DNA from: Pseudarcicella hirudinis
GTDB taxonomy: Bacteria; Bacteroidota; Bacteroidia; Cytophagales; Spirosomataceae
NCBI RefSeq assembly: GCF_900115665.1
Contig: NZ_FOXH01000001.1
Coordinates: 179,777 to 243,776 of the forward strand
Length of the DNA: 64,000 bases
Direction: 5' to 3'
Shown: positions 9,811 through 19,714 of the stretch, in pieces
How positions within the stretch are numbered: position 1 is the stretch's first letter
How the letters are laid out: each line of letters starts with the position of its first letter
Position numbers and translations under genes: made by a program
Notes under the pieces: generated by a model
What the model was told of the DNA's origin: nothing
Databases searched by the model: none
What the model saw: only the letters and a program-made list of their open reading frames with translations

Positions 9811-11493
9811 ATGAAATCTAAAAATATAATTGCTGTATCATCCATTCTTGCAGGGATATTCCTTTCTGTTTCTGCCTGTAAAACGGATTTTCTGAATGTC
9901 GTTCCGACGGACAGAGTTTCTGATGCCTCCATTCTTACCGATTCATCTTTATTCGAATCTTATGTAATAAACCGTTACATGGGCGTAAGATTAACTGATA
10001 AAGAAGCGGAAGGTACCCCTCCGGGATTTGGAAGAGGTTTCGAATATGCCATGTGGTCTTCTCTTACAGATGAGTCTATTTATAACAATGACGATAATAC
10101 CTGGCTTGTACAAAAAGGGCAGCTAGCTCCGGAAAATACCGGAATTGCCGGTACACTTTGGGGAAGAAGTTATCGCAGTATCAGGGAAATTAATTATGCC
10201 CTTACCAATATTGCAAAAGTACCGATGAGTGTGGCACAGAAAAACCGTCTGACGGGAGAATTAAAATTTCTTCGTGCATTTCGTTACCAGGATCTTATCC
10301 GTAATTACGGAGGAGTAGTTTTGATGAGCGATAAAGTACTTGAGCTGGGAGATGACTTTGCCAACGCACCGATTTATACCAAATCTCCCATCAAGGATTG
10401 TATCGACTATGCTGTGGCACAATTAGATGAGGCAAGTAAACTTTTACCTGTAAATAACAGTAACTCCTGGCAATTGGGAAGAGCTACAAAAGGGGCAGCA
10501 CTGGCATTAAAGTCGAGGTTGTTATTGTATGCAGCAAGTCCTTTGTACAATACCGGAACCTGGCAGGCGGCAGCGGCTTCTGCCAAAGAAGTTATGGACA
10601 TGGGAAAATACAGCCTTTTTTCAAATGGTTATGATAAGTTATTCCTGACTCCGGAAAACAACCCGGAAATCATTTTTGAAAGATTATACACACAAGGTGC
10701 ACGTCACGTATGTCTGGAAATTTCAAATGGTCCGAATAGTTATGGAGGATGGGGTGGAAATGTGCCGCTTCAGAACTTTGTGGATTCTTATGAAATGGAT
10801 AATGGCAAGCCTATTACCGACCCTGCCTCGGGATATAATCCTCAGGACCCTTATAAGCACAGAGATCCTCGTTTTTACATGACGGTGCTTTACAATAATG
10901 CAGATTACAGAGCAAACTCTGTTCAATCCTATCTTCCGGGAGGGAAAGACAGTAAGGATGGCCCGTCTAACTGGAATACTTCGAAAACAGGGTATTATCT
11001 TAAAAAATTCATGAATGACAACCTGCCGATTGATAATCCCTGGGATATTGCAGGAACTCAACCCTGGATTTATTTCAGATATGCCGAAATACTCCTGAAT
11101 TATGCAGAAGCACAGAATGAGGCGGCCGGACCGGATCAGACAGTTTATACGGCAGTAAATTCTATAAGAAACAGACCAGGTGTAAATATGCCGGCATTGC
11201 AGGCAGGTTTATCTCAGGCTCAAATGCGGGAAATAATCCGTCGGGAACGCCAGGTAGAATTGGCCTTTGAAGAACACCGGTATTATGATGTTCGTCGCTG
11301 GAAGGTTGCCGGCGTTACCGAAAATGTTCCTGCATACGGTATTGAAGTGATCAAAAACGGCAATACAGTTACCTATAACCGCAAAGAGGCGCTGACTGGT
11401 CGTCATTTTGAAGAAAAGAATTATTTCCTTCCGATTCCCAGAGCAGAAATTCAGGCTTCCAACGGAAAACTGGCACAAACGGCCGGATATTAA
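9811..11493 (+). CDS. susD: SusD/RagB-family outer-membrane lipoprotein (starch-utilisation SusD-like nutrient-binding protein)
   Basis: Lipoprotein signal MKSKNIIAVSSILAGIFLSVSAC. Lies immediately downstream of SusC (the alternative start at 9793 overlaps the SusC stop). SusD-like C-terminal motifs (WIYFRYAEILLNYAEA, RRERQVELAFEEHRYYDVRRW, NYFLPIP). Confidence 0.85.
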   Translation: MKSKNIIAVSSILAGIFLSVSACKTDFLNVVPTDRVSDASILTDSSLFESYVINRYMGVRLTDKEAEGTPPGFGRGFEYAMWSSLTDESIYNNDDNTWLVQKGQLAPENTGIAGTLWGRSYRSIREINYALTNIAKVPMSVAQKNRLTGELKFLRAFRYQDLIRNYGGVVLMSDKVLELGDDFANAPIYTKSPIKDCIDYAVAQLDEASKLLPVNNSNSWQLGRATKGAALALKSRLLLYAASPLYNTGTWQAAAASAKEVMDMGKYSLFSNGYDKLFLTPENNPEIIFERLYTQGARHVCLEISNGPNSYGGWGGNVPLQNFVDSYEMDNGKPITDPASGYNPQDPYKHRDPRFYMTVLYNNADYRANSVQSYLPGGKDSKDGPSNWNTSKTGYYLKKFMNDNLPIDNPWDIAGTQPWIYFRYAEILLNYAEAQNEAAGPDQTVYTAVNSIRNRPGVNMPALQAGLSQAQMREIIRRERQVELAFEEHRYYDVRRWKVAGVTENVPAYGIEVIKNGNTVTYNRKEALTGRHFEEKNYFLPIPRAEIQASNGKLAQTAGY

Positions 11494-11586
11494 ACCATAA
11501 ATTTACCACCTTCCATTCCTCACCTTATTTGATTGAATGGAAGGTGTTTCTATCTAAACTAAATACAACTCTGATTATAACTAACT

Positions 11587-13056
11587 ATGAAAAGAACAAA
11601 TCTGTTAACAGTCCTCAGTATCGCTTGTTTGCTTAGCAATTGCAAGAGCGAAATGAATTTGAGTGAAATCCGGAATGATACAAAGGTGCTTCAAAACAGT
11701 AGCAGCCGGATTGCTGTAGTTGCCAATACTGTCAAAGGAATGAATTGGGCTGATGGCAGAGACAATTTTGTGGACGGATGGGTTATTCCTTCCGGACTGA
11801 GTGCTTCTGATAATTATGCTGCTGTTCAGACGAAATCCGATCTTGTTCTGACAGGTTTTCAAAATGCAGGAGCGAATACGATCAGACTTCCGATCAACCC
11901 AAACTCTGTACTGGAATCATGGTGGAATGCCTATACCGGAGCGATCGACAAAGCTACCGGTAAAGGTATGAATGTGGTGTTGTGCTGCTGGGAATCTGCT
12001 TCTTCGAAAGACGGAAAGGTTGATGACAGCACCCAGTTCTGGAATATGTGGCAAACCGTTATTACCAAATACGGTTCAAATGATAAAGTGCTTTTTGAAG
12101 TATTTAATGAACCATACGGTTATTCTTCCACTGAATTAAGAACACTTTATGCGGATTTCCTCACTAATTATCCGAATGTTCCGAGAGACAGGATTATTTT
12201 GGATGGTACGGGCTATGCTGATAATGTAACAGATATAGGGGCGGACAGCCGATTCAACAGTTGTTTGTTATCCTTGCATAATTATACATGGTTTGGCGGA
12301 AACCTTACAACTCCCTCTGCCTGGGAACAGAATGTACAGAACCACATCGGAAGTTATGGCAGCCGTACCATTGTAACTGAATTTGGTGCCGGACTTACAG
12401 GTGGCAAAAACTATCTTGGAGCAGCAAATGGTGACGTTGAGGTTGCCTATTTGCAGGGAATGACTAATAAAATCAAAAGCAGCCAGATGGGAAGTATTTA
12501 CTGGCCGGGTCTCAGAGATGGAGACAGCTATAGTTTATTTACTTTCAATGGATCAGTAATGTCGCTTAATAATATTTCAGCCCTTGCCAGAATCCAGTAC
12601 GGCTGGAGTATGATTCCGGTAACAAACGGTTCTACTTATAAAGTTTCGGCAAGACATAGCGGAAAAGTATTGGATATCAACGCGGCTGCCACTACCAACG
12701 GAGCCATATTACAGCAATGGGATTGGGCAAACGGGAGTAACCAGAAATGGATTATTTCAGAAACAGATCCGGGTGTGTATAAATTTATTGCGCAGCATAG
12801 CAGTAAAGGTCTCGATGTGAACGGAGGAGCAACCGCTTACAGTAATGGCGCATACCTTGAGCAATGGGATTATTACGGAGGAGATAATCAGAAATTTGCA
12901 ATTGTGAGCATTGGAGGAGGATACTATGCCATTGTCGCCAAACACAGCGGAAAAGTATTTGATGTAAATGGTCAGAGCACAGCCAATGGTGCAGGAATTT
13001 TACAATGGCAATATTCAGGAAATACTAATCAGAATTGGCAGTTTAGTCTGCTTTAA
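11587..13056 (+). CDS. Glycoside hydrolase family 5 (GH5) catalytic domain with C-terminal ricin-B/CBM13 lectin domain (three QxW repeats)
   Basis: Lipoprotein signal ...ACLLSNC. GH5 acid/base motif VFEVFNEPYG and nucleophile motif IVTEFGAG. C-terminal three-fold repeat with QQWDWANGSNQKW, EQWDYYGGDNQKF and LQWQYSGNTNQNWQF. Confidence 0.8.
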   Translation: MKRTNLLTVLSIACLLSNCKSEMNLSEIRNDTKVLQNSSSRIAVVANTVKGMNWADGRDNFVDGWVIPSGLSASDNYAAVQTKSDLVLTGFQNAGANTIRLPINPNSVLESWWNAYTGAIDKATGKGMNVVLCCWESASSKDGKVDDSTQFWNMWQTVITKYGSNDKVLFEVFNEPYGYSSTELRTLYADFLTNYPNVPRDRIILDGTGYADNVTDIGADSRFNSCLLSLHNYTWFGGNLTTPSAWEQNVQNHIGSYGSRTIVTEFGAGLTGGKNYLGAANGDVEVAYLQGMTNKIKSSQMGSIYWPGLRDGDSYSLFTFNGSVMSLNNISALARIQYGWSMIPVTNGSTYKVSARHSGKVLDINAAATTNGAILQQWDWANGSNQKWIISETDPGVYKFIAQHSSKGLDVNGGATAYSNGAYLEQWDYYGGDNQKFAIVSIGGGYYAIVAKHSGKVFDVNGQSTANGAGILQWQYSGNTNQNWQFSLL

Positions 13057-13100
13057 AATGAATAAAGGCTGTAATGCCGGTCAATCACAAATCTAAAATA

Positions 13101-14714
13101 ATGAGTTTAAGAACGCAGCAAAGACAAAAAGTATCATTATTCGCACGGCAGAAGAAATGGCTGCTGATTTACGGTTTTCTATTTTCAGTAACAGGCTGTT
13201 CTAAAGCGCAGATCAGCTCAGATAATGCAAAATCCGGTCTGGAAAATAAGGAGGTTGTCATAACGATTGATGCCTCCGGAACATACCAGAAAATAGATCA
13301 TTTCGGTGCTTCGGATGCCTGGTCATGTCAGTTTGTAGGAAACTGGCCTGATGCCGGAAGAAATGCAATCGCGGATTTGCTTTTTAGTCAGGATACCACC
13401 GCTAATGGCCAGCCTCTGGGAATAGGATTATCTGTCTGGCGCTTCAATATCGGAGCAGGAAGTACCCTGCAAGATGAGGGAAGCGGTATTGGCGATGAAT
13501 GGAGAAGGGCGGATTCCTTCTTGAATGATGACGGAAGTTATAACTGGGATAGACAAGCCGGACAAATATGGTTTCTGAATGCGGCTAAAAAGCGCAGGGT
13601 AAATCAGTTCCTGGCTTTTACAAATTCTCCGCCCGTTCAATATACAGTCAATAAAAAAGCTTTTGCCACAGCAGGGAAATCGAATCTGAGTGTCGATAAA
13701 TTTGATGCTTTTGCCAGCTTCCTTACCAATGTTATCAAAGGGGTGAAAAATAAAACAGGGATTTTGTTTGACTACATAAGTCCGGTCAATGAACCTCAGT
13801 GGGAATGGAGTGATGGCGGACAGGAAGGAACGCCTTTTAATAACAGTGAAATTGCCGGCATTACCCGATCACTCAGTGCAAGTCTGATTAAACAAAATCT
13901 CTCGACCAAAATTAGTGTGGCAGAAGCAGGGCAGCTTGACTTTCTTTATTCTGCCGGCAATAATCCTGTGAAAGGAAATCAGGTTACAGATTTTTTCAGA
14001 ACGGATTCTCCTAATTACCTCGGAAATCTGCCTAATCTTGAAAAAGCAATTTCCGGACATAGCTATTTCACCAGTTCTCCTTTTGAACAGGCTTCGGAAA
14101 AAAGAAGACAATTGGCCGGAAGTGTTTCTGCTATTCCTTCTTTAAAGTACTGGATGTCAGAATATTGTATTCTTGGGGATAATTCCGGTGAAATGAACGG
14201 TAATAAAAAAGACCTCGGTATTGATCCGGCATTGTATGTGGCAAGAACTATCCATAATGACCTGGTAAACGGAAATGCTTCGGCATGGCACTGGTGGGTA
14301 GCGATTTCTCCTTACGACTATAAGGATGGGCTGATTTATATTGATAAAGCGAAAACAGACGGTAGTTTTAATACCAGTAAAATGTTGTGGGGCTTTGGCA
14401 ATTTCAGCAGATTTATCAGACCCGGAGCGGAGCGTATTTCAGCCTCGCTTGAAAACGCTGACGCTCAAAGCAATCTGTTTCTGGTTTCTTCCTATAAAGA
14501 CCTTGCAGCAAAACAGCTTGTCACGGTTATTGTAAACTCAGGAATCAATCCGGTCAATATAAAACTTGCTATCAGAAATCTGAAGGTAACGGCTGTTCGT
14601 CCGTTTATTACTTCAAAAGATGCAGATTTAAAACCTGCGGCATTAACGAAATCGGATCAGGTCATTACCATTCCTGCCCGTTCTGTTACCACATTGGTTG
14701 GAGATATCCTTTAG
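13101..14714 (+). CDS. Glycoside hydrolase family 30 (GH30)-like lipoprotein (O-glycosyl hydrolase; possible beta-1,6-glucanase type)
   Basis: Lipoprotein signal ...FSVTGCS. N-terminal IDHFGASDAWSCQ, then NEPQWEW and VAEAG motifs typical of GH30 enzymes, and a C-terminal beta-sandwich. Subfamily not determinable by eye. Confidence 0.65.
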   Translation: MSLRTQQRQKVSLFARQKKWLLIYGFLFSVTGCSKAQISSDNAKSGLENKEVVITIDASGTYQKIDHFGASDAWSCQFVGNWPDAGRNAIADLLFSQDTTANGQPLGIGLSVWRFNIGAGSTLQDEGSGIGDEWRRADSFLNDDGSYNWDRQAGQIWFLNAAKKRRVNQFLAFTNSPPVQYTVNKKAFATAGKSNLSVDKFDAFASFLTNVIKGVKNKTGILFDYISPVNEPQWEWSDGGQEGTPFNNSEIAGITRSLSASLIKQNLSTKISVAEAGQLDFLYSAGNNPVKGNQVTDFFRTDSPNYLGNLPNLEKAISGHSYFTSSPFEQASEKRRQLAGSVSAIPSLKYWMSEYCILGDNSGEMNGNKKDLGIDPALYVARTIHNDLVNGNASAWHWWVAISPYDYKDGLIYIDKAKTDGSFNTSKMLWGFGNFSRFIRPGAERISASLENADAQSNLFLVSSYKDLAAKQLVTVIVNSGINPVNIKLAIRNLKVTAVRPFITSKDADLKPAALTKSDQVITIPARSVTTLVGDIL

Positions 14715-14743
14715 TATTTCTGATGAAATTTCCTTTGATTTAC

Positions 14744-14779
14744 CGGAGACTGAAACTTGTTTTCAGTCTCCGTTTTTTA
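14744..14779. terminator. Bidirectional Rho-independent terminator between convergent genes
   Basis: ccggagactgaaa-cttg-tttcagtctccg followed by TTTTTT. It sits between the GH30 stop (14714) and the stop of the minus-strand gene (14791). Confidence 0.6.
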
Positions 14780-14790
14780 TGCCCCGGCTC

Positions 14791-15861
14791 TTACTCAGAC
14801 TCTGTGCCATAGTCATCGGGTAAAAGTACAGAAAAGCCTTCATTTCCCCAGTAATCGTGCAAAGAGACCCTGTTGGGTTTTAGAATCCAGCCGTTTTTAG
14901 TAAATGACATAGATGAATTGGGGAGGACAACCGTCGCATATTTATAAGGATAGTCGAGATATATGTTCTGATAATCAGGAATATCCGTAAGAAATATCAT
15001 CAGAGGTTTATCGGAATGAAGTACATATTCCTCATTAGTTTCATCGTAAAAGAATATATCCTCTAAATCACATTTGGAAATATTCTGATAGGCAATTTCT
15101 TTTCCTATCGTATTATTATTGGCAATAAACTTTCTGTTAAGGTGATTGGTTTTAAAAATGACAAAACAGGCTTCCTGCACGTTATTATGGGAAAGTGAAA
15201 CAAGAAAACTGCGAAATGAATTCTGATAGGCTTTTTTTCGGTTTGTCTCCCACAAAATCTTTTGCTCCTCGCTGGCAGGTTGTAGCTTCTCAAAAAACTT
15301 GTCGATGGTGAAATAGGTTTCAATGCCGTTAGAAATGAACAAAGACATTTGCAGAGTCATTTTATAACCCAAAGCATTATTCTGAATATAGAATGGTTCT
15401 TCTGCGGAGGCTACTACATTTTTATCTTCATCGTATTGTAAATGAATAACATCCGCATTGAGTATTTTGCAACTTCTGGTAAACTCAGATTCACCCAGCA
15501 ACCCGCTTTCGAAAATCCTCCATTTATGTTTGAAGCTCTTGTCTCTTTTAGCAACAACTTTAACTTCCTCCAGCATATTAGACCTGAGCCGAACTGTGAG
15601 GTCTGTATGATTTATCGCAGCGAATCCGGTAAAGGAAATAATCAGATTTATTTTAGGAATAGTATTAGGGATTTTTAATCTGAATTCCCCTTTTTCATTA
15701 CTGACAGTATGTAATGAGGTATTGTTTGCATATACATTGGCAAACTCAACAGGATTTTGTTTTTCATCAAGAACTCTGCCTTTAATTTCCCAGTAATTAT
15801 TCGTCTGAGCAAAACCAATTTGCCAAAGCAATAAGGCCCATAAAATAATTGATAGCTTCAT
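14791..15861 (-). CDS. Secreted hypothetical protein with N-terminal CarboxypepD_reg-like (carboxypeptidase regulatory-like) domain
   Basis: Signal MKLSIILWALLLWQIGFAQ. IKGRVLDEKQNPVEFANVYANNTSLHTVSNEKGEFRLKIP is a typical CarbopepD_reg motif. The remainder is unassigned. Confidence 0.5.
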   Translation of the reverse strand: MKLSIILWALLLWQIGFAQTNNYWEIKGRVLDEKQNPVEFANVYANNTSLHTVSNEKGEFRLKIPNTIPKINLIISFTGFAAINHTDLTVRLRSNMLEEVKVVAKRDKSFKHKWRIFESGLLGESEFTRSCKILNADVIHLQYDEDKNVVASAEEPFYIQNNALGYKMTLQMSLFISNGIETYFTIDKFFEKLQPASEEQKILWETNRKKAYQNSFRSFLVSLSHNNVQEACFVIFKTNHLNRKFIANNNTIGKEIAYQNISKCDLEDIFFYDETNEEYVLHSDKPLMIFLTDIPDYQNIYLDYPYKYATVVLPNSSMSFTKNGWILKPNRVSLHDYWGNEGFSVLLPDDYGTESE

Positions 15862-16039
15862 GAAATATTACTGAAAAGTTGGAACAATTATTTTAAAGGA
15901 CCCTTGAGCTAATTGGAAATAAACCTGATAAAATGGTTTAACTGACCTCTATTTTTATTTATACCTGATACCCGACAGAGTAAGGAGCAGGAAGTTTCAA
16001 TTCTTTCCACCCTTTCCTTTCTATGCACCTATATGTATC

Positions 16040-16190
16040 TGCTATCTTGCCCTATGTTTCTATGTGCCCTATGTTCCTATGTGGTTACAATGTTCCTATG
16101 TGGTTACAATGTGGTAATAATATTTCTATGTGCCCTATGCTCCTATGTGGTTACAATGTTTCTATGTAGTTACAATGTAGTTACAATTAA
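16040..16190. repeat. Complex intergenic tandem minisatellite built from three short modules (tt[tc]ctatg / tgccctatg / t[ga]gttacaatg)
   Basis: Direct reading: ...tttctatgtgccctatgttcctatgtggttacaatgttcctatgtggttacaatgtggtaataatatttctatgtgccctatgctcctatgtggttacaatgtttctatgtagttacaatgtagttacaatt. The 19-bp unit ttcctatgtggttacaatg is tandemly duplicated and the whole block recurs. Confidence 0.85.
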
Positions 16191-17029
16191 CGCTTTGCCC
16201 GGTTCCCCAACCATAATAACCCATCAATAATCAGCTTGTTTTGAGTCTCATTGGCAAACTGGAAAGAAAGTTCTTTGTTTGTCTTATGCTCATAATCAAT
16301 ATCATTATGACCCATATTGACGTAAAGCATTTTATAGTTTTTGTTAGTCCAAACCACCGGATAATAGCCACTATGCCAGATTTCATGCAATTTGGGGCCG
16401 GTTCCCAATGGAAAACTTGTAGAGTCGATTGACAAAAGGATCTTAATATCAGGATTTTTGCGCAAATCATTAGTCCAGCTATACCATTCATTCGGAGAAG
16501 ACTTGAATGTTGCCGGAAGGTGTCTGATTGCCGGATGTTTTGGATCTTCCACCCTTAAAATAGCTGAAGTAGGTCTCCAGGTATTTCCTTTATAAGAACC
16601 GGCACCGATAAACTGATTATGATACCAGTCCCAGTTTTGAGGATATGTAGAAGGAGTGAGGGCGAATCCTGCAAAATGAAAACCCATCCAGGCACCGCCA
16701 TTTTCCATATATTTTTGAAAAGCCTCTCTTTGAGCAGGTTCTTCGGGGCGGGTGTCGAGAAAAAGCACTACCTGATATTTGGCAAGAAACTCTGCATTAA
16801 GATTGTTCCAGTTATTCGTTGAGTCATAAGTAAAATGATATTTCTTTGCTATTTCCGGAAACCACCGGTTCGCTTCATGTACATAGCTGATGTGAGCCTG
16901 ATCATTTTTAGCCGTATAAAAAGCAATGACCTTAAATTTGGAAGGACTTTTCTGGGCCGGTAAAACAGTAGTGAAACAAAAATAAATGATAAAGAAAAAT
17001 AGCGTTTTGAGTAATACTTTGCAGTTCAT
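16187..17029 (-). CDS. ThuA-like (type-1 glutamine-amidotransferase-like, trehalose-utilisation family) secreted protein
   Basis: Signal MNCKVLLKTLFFFIIYFCFTTVLPAQ. KVIAFYTAKNDQAHISYVHEANRWF...YQVVLFLDTRPEEPAQREAFQKYMENGGAWMGFHFA resembles the ThuA family. Confidence 0.55.
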   Translation of the reverse strand: MNCKVLLKTLFFFIIYFCFTTVLPAQKSPSKFKVIAFYTAKNDQAHISYVHEANRWFPEIAKKYHFTYDSTNNWNNLNAEFLAKYQVVLFLDTRPEEPAQREAFQKYMENGGAWMGFHFAGFALTPSTYPQNWDWYHNQFIGAGSYKGNTWRPTSAILRVEDPKHPAIRHLPATFKSSPNEWYSWTNDLRKNPDIKILLSIDSTSFPLGTGPKLHEIWHSGYYPVVWTNKNYKMLYVNMGHNDIDYEHKTNKELSFQFANETQNKLIIDGLLWLGNRAKR

Positions 17030-17410
17030 AGTAGGAAGATTGTTTATAAAATTCAGTTAAATGGTATGCTACAGGAGATTTTAAAATAGTTTTTCAGAAG
17101 TTCTTTAAACAGTATCCCGTTTGTATTTCATAATTTCAGCGAATGTACTTAATTTATGGATTGTTGCATGACCTGTTTTATGAAGTTTTCCGGATGAATT
17201 TTTGTAATATGCTGATAATCAGTATAAAATCAGGGGTTTTTTCTTAAGTTGTTAAAAATATTATAAAAATTGGGTAAAGATTAAACACTTAAGACTTTAA
17301 CAGATAAATGCATAAAGCAACCGATTGCATAAAATGAAAAAATGATGAAATTACAGCATTTCTTATCTTTTCAGCACATTCAAAACTTGTACTAAAATTT
17401 TATTTAACTG

Positions 17411-18577
17411 ATGGAAAAACAACAGAATAACCGACGTTCATTTCTAATAAACTCATTAGGCACTGCCGCAGGATTAATGGTAGGTTCTGCCATCGGATCA
17501 GAAGCCTATGGCCATTCCAAAACATCTTCTTTTCCGGAGGATTTGCCAAAGGTTTATGCTGAACCCAGAATCAGATTTTCAGTAATCGGAATGAATCACG
17601 GGCATATCTATTCGCAGGTAGAAGCAGTGATCAGAGGTGGAGGACAGCTTGTTTCATATTATGCCAAAGAAGCCGATTTACTGACAGCTTTTGCAAAGAA
17701 ATATCCACAGGCGAAACTTGCATCAGGAGAGAAGGAAATTCTGGAAGATAAAACGATACAGCTTGTCTTAAGTTCCGCAATTTCAGATGAAAGAGCCCCA
17801 TTGGGAATCAGAGTTATGAAGCATGGCAAAGATTTTATGGTTGATAAACCGGGAATCACTACCCTTGAACAATTGACAGAAGTGCGTAAAGTCCAGAAAG
17901 AAACCGGTCGTATTTATTCTATCATGTTCAGTGAAAGATTTGAAAACCGTGCTACGGTAAAAGCCGGAGAATTGGTAAAATCCGGAGCCATCGGTACTGT
18001 AATTCAAACGATTGGTTTAGGACCTCACAGAATTAACGCCAGTTCCCGCCCTGCCTGGTTTTTCGACAGCAAACATTTTGGAGGAATTATCTGCGATATT
18101 GCCTCGCACCAGTGTGATCAGTTTTTGTTTTTTACCGGTTCTACCAAGGCAGAAGTGGTAGCTTCTCAGATTGGAAATGTGAACCATTCTCAATATCCTA
18201 AATTTGAAGATTTTGGAGATTTGATGCTCAAAGGAGACAAAGGAACAGGTTATATCAGAGTTGACTGGTTTACGCCGGATGGATTGAAAACCTGGGGTGA
18301 TGGAAGATTAACTATTTTAGGGACAGAAGGTTATATTGAAATTCGCAAGAATATTGACATTGCCGGCCGGGAAGGAGGAAGCCACCTTTTTCTGGTAAAT
18401 CAGAAGGAAACGGTTTATATGGATTGCAGTAAAGAACCTCTTCCGTACGGAGAACAACTTGTTAATGATGTCTTAAACAGAACTGAAACAGCTATGTCGC
18501 AGGAACATTGTTTTCTGGCAACAGAGCTTGCCTTAAAAGCACAGAAAAATGCCAGAAGACTGGAGTTAACTAAATAA
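17411..18577 (+). CDS. Gfo/Idh/MocA-family NAD(P)-dependent oxidoreductase with twin-arginine (Tat) signal
   Basis: Tat motif NRRSFLINSLGTAAGLMVGSAIG. Rossmann N-terminus RFSVIGMNHGHIYSQVEAVIRGGGQLVSYYAKEAD and a Gfo/Idh/MocA C-terminal domain. Confidence 0.8.
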   Translation: MEKQQNNRRSFLINSLGTAAGLMVGSAIGSEAYGHSKTSSFPEDLPKVYAEPRIRFSVIGMNHGHIYSQVEAVIRGGGQLVSYYAKEADLLTAFAKKYPQAKLASGEKEILEDKTIQLVLSSAISDERAPLGIRVMKHGKDFMVDKPGITTLEQLTEVRKVQKETGRIYSIMFSERFENRATVKAGELVKSGAIGTVIQTIGLGPHRINASSRPAWFFDSKHFGGIICDIASHQCDQFLFFTGSTKAEVVASQIGNVNHSQYPKFEDFGDLMLKGDKGTGYIRVDWFTPDGLKTWGDGRLTILGTEGYIEIRKNIDIAGREGGSHLFLVNQKETVYMDCSKEPLPYGEQLVNDVLNRTETAMSQEHCFLATELALKAQKNARRLELTK

Positions 18578-18635
18578 AAACATCCGTTTTATCATTCCGG
18601 AGAATCAGGACTTTTATTGATTTTCCGGAATAACT

Positions 18636-19433
18636 TTAAAGACTTTCCTGCAAAATAATCGCTGCCAGAACACCCGGCATAGAAAAGAAGGGAGAATGGC
18701 TGCTTGGCAAACTATAGGTTTTTGTTAAACCATAATTTTTCACCATTATTTGTTGTAGTGAATAAGTAACCGCCTGATCATTAATAGTATATATGTAAGT
18801 TTTTGGTATTTTTCCGAAACGGGAATCCGTTAAGCTGACCGGAGTGGCCAGCGGACTTAAAGGATCGGCTTTATGATTTTTAATCAGTTTACTGACATCA
18901 TTTTCCGGAGCATCAGCAGCAAAAACTTCTTTAATACCGTCTTTGGCAATGCTTCCGGAACCATGTTGATTATCAATGTTCAGGTATTTTCCGATCAGGC
19001 TTCCTTTATCAAGGTCGGCAAGCTGAATAATTGCCTCTCCGTTTTTAGGTAAATACGCTCCTGCATAAATCAGTTGATGAATCTGATCAGGAATTTGCTC
19101 TGCTGCCTGACTGATTACGATTCCTCCCATACTGTGTCCGACGAGTGTAACGTTTTTCCTGGAACCAATAGCCTTTTTCAAAGCAATAACATAATCATCA
19201 AGTTGAATTTTTTCCGGAGCAGTCTGGTCTTTTCCATGTCCGGGAAGATTAACTGCAATTACCTCATGTCCTTTTGATCGGAGAACAGGAACAACCTTAT
19301 CCCAGACGGAAGCATCCATCCAGGCACCATGTACCAGCACAATGGTATTCGGGTTTTGATGAGAAATTGTTTGTGACAGGATTATTTCAGACCCGATAAA
19401 GATCAGGAAAATGCTCAGTATGATTGTTTTCAT
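18636..19433 (-). CDS. Alpha/beta-hydrolase fold esterase/lipase (secreted)
   Basis: Signal MKTIILSIFLIFIGSEIILSQ (internal start preferred). Nucleophile elbow VTLVGHSMGG and IVLVHGAWMDASVW. Confidence 0.75.
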   Translation of the reverse strand: MKTIILSIFLIFIGSEIILSQTISHQNPNTIVLVHGAWMDASVWDKVVPVLRSKGHEVIAVNLPGHGKDQTAPEKIQLDDYVIALKKAIGSRKNVTLVGHSMGGIVISQAAEQIPDQIHQLIYAGAYLPKNGEAIIQLADLDKGSLIGKYLNIDNQHGSGSIAKDGIKEVFAADAPENDVSKLIKNHKADPLSPLATPVSLTDSRFGKIPKTYIYTINDQAVTYSLQQIMVKNYGLTKTYSLPSSHSPFFSMPGVLAAIILQESL

Positions 19434-19714
19434 GGTATGGTTTTCTTTGATTACCAATGATTTATAGTTATCATTCAAGGTAAATGTAAGTAAAAGCTGA
19501 ACATTGCAATATTTCCATTGCTATTATTTATCCAGCGTAGCGGAATTACTATGATTTCGGGAAAAATTGTGAAATAATGGTCTGATTCTACAATGCAAAG
19601 CCTGATTATTTTCAGAATAAAATTAACCGTTTATCTTTATGAAAATATCTGTAAAATCTATTTTAGGCCTGGATTCTTAGCAGATATTCTCATTTCTCCT
19701 GAAAATTAAAAACT

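Noticed and set aside
6999-11478. Short ORFs on either strand within SusC and SusD (e.g. 8277-8633 +, 8960-9223 -, 10723-11061 -, 11209-11478 -)
   Set aside because: They are embedded in well-supported coding regions. The translations are compositionally odd (Cys/Arg-rich) with no homology features.
16040-16190. Possible CRISPR array
   Set aside because: The units are 8-19 bp with no unique spacers of 25-40 bp and no cas genes nearby. It is a satellite-type repeat, not a CRISPR.
16033-16230. 65-aa ORF with repetitive translation (FLCALCSYVVTMFLC...)
   Set aside because: It is an artefact of translating the tandem minisatellite. No start context, and the repetitive peptide mirrors the DNA repeat.
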